Assembly: GCA_951406725.2 (NCBI GenBank)
Contig: OX597834.1
Coordinates: forward strand, 2,232,001 to 2,296,000
Length of the DNA stretch: 64,000 nt
Source of the DNA: Octopus vulgaris
Lineage: Eukaryota
Direction: 5' to 3'
Positions 63,813 to 64,000 of the stretch are shown piece by piece. Below the pieces are notes generated by a model. The model was not told where the DNA came from, searched no databases, and saw only the letters and a list, made by a program, of their open reading frames with translations. A program made the translations under genes and the position numbers. Position 1 is the stretch's first letter. The number at the start of each line of letters is the position of its first letter.

Positions 63813-64000
63813 ATGTGTGTGTGTGTGTGTGTGTGGGGGGGAACTACTGTTGTTGCCCAGTCATAGATCATGTAGACCCAGCATCAAAGGCTCTCCAGCT
63901 GAGACCATCTTTATTATCAGGAATAGTGCATCTAGGACTACATTATTCAATGTCTTTGTTTCCCTAATTTAACCCTTTTCTTACCATTTCCCTGTTGAAA

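Overview
Eukaryotic, AT-rich, microsatellite- and transposon-dense DNA. The SINE/LINE complement suggests an octopus genome (inference, not a database result). Most entries in the ORF track are microsatellite artefacts. Three intron-containing genes lie on the minus strand. (1) A complete 4-exon MTRES1/C6orf203-like gene (23240->16566, ~258 aa). (2) A two-domain CAP/GAPR-1-like gene with seven solid exons (35972->26555) and two tentative upstream exons encoding a possible signal peptide. (3) The terminal Arg/Ser-rich exon of a probable PRPF38B (61853->60956). The rest is mobile DNA: a 5'-inverted L1/Tx1 LINE, CR1-, RTE- and R4/Dong-like LINE fragments, a decayed Gypsy element, two mariners, several MITEs and many tRNA-derived SINEs. 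The most notable non-obvious signal is a set of minimal hammerhead-ribozyme-like motifs of the Penelope type. One looks intact (1376-1471, minus) and several are decayed; most readable copies keep a palindromic loop 3, and several sit in inverted repeats. Repeat coordinates are read by eye and approximate; exon coordinates were checked against GT-AG boundaries and phase.
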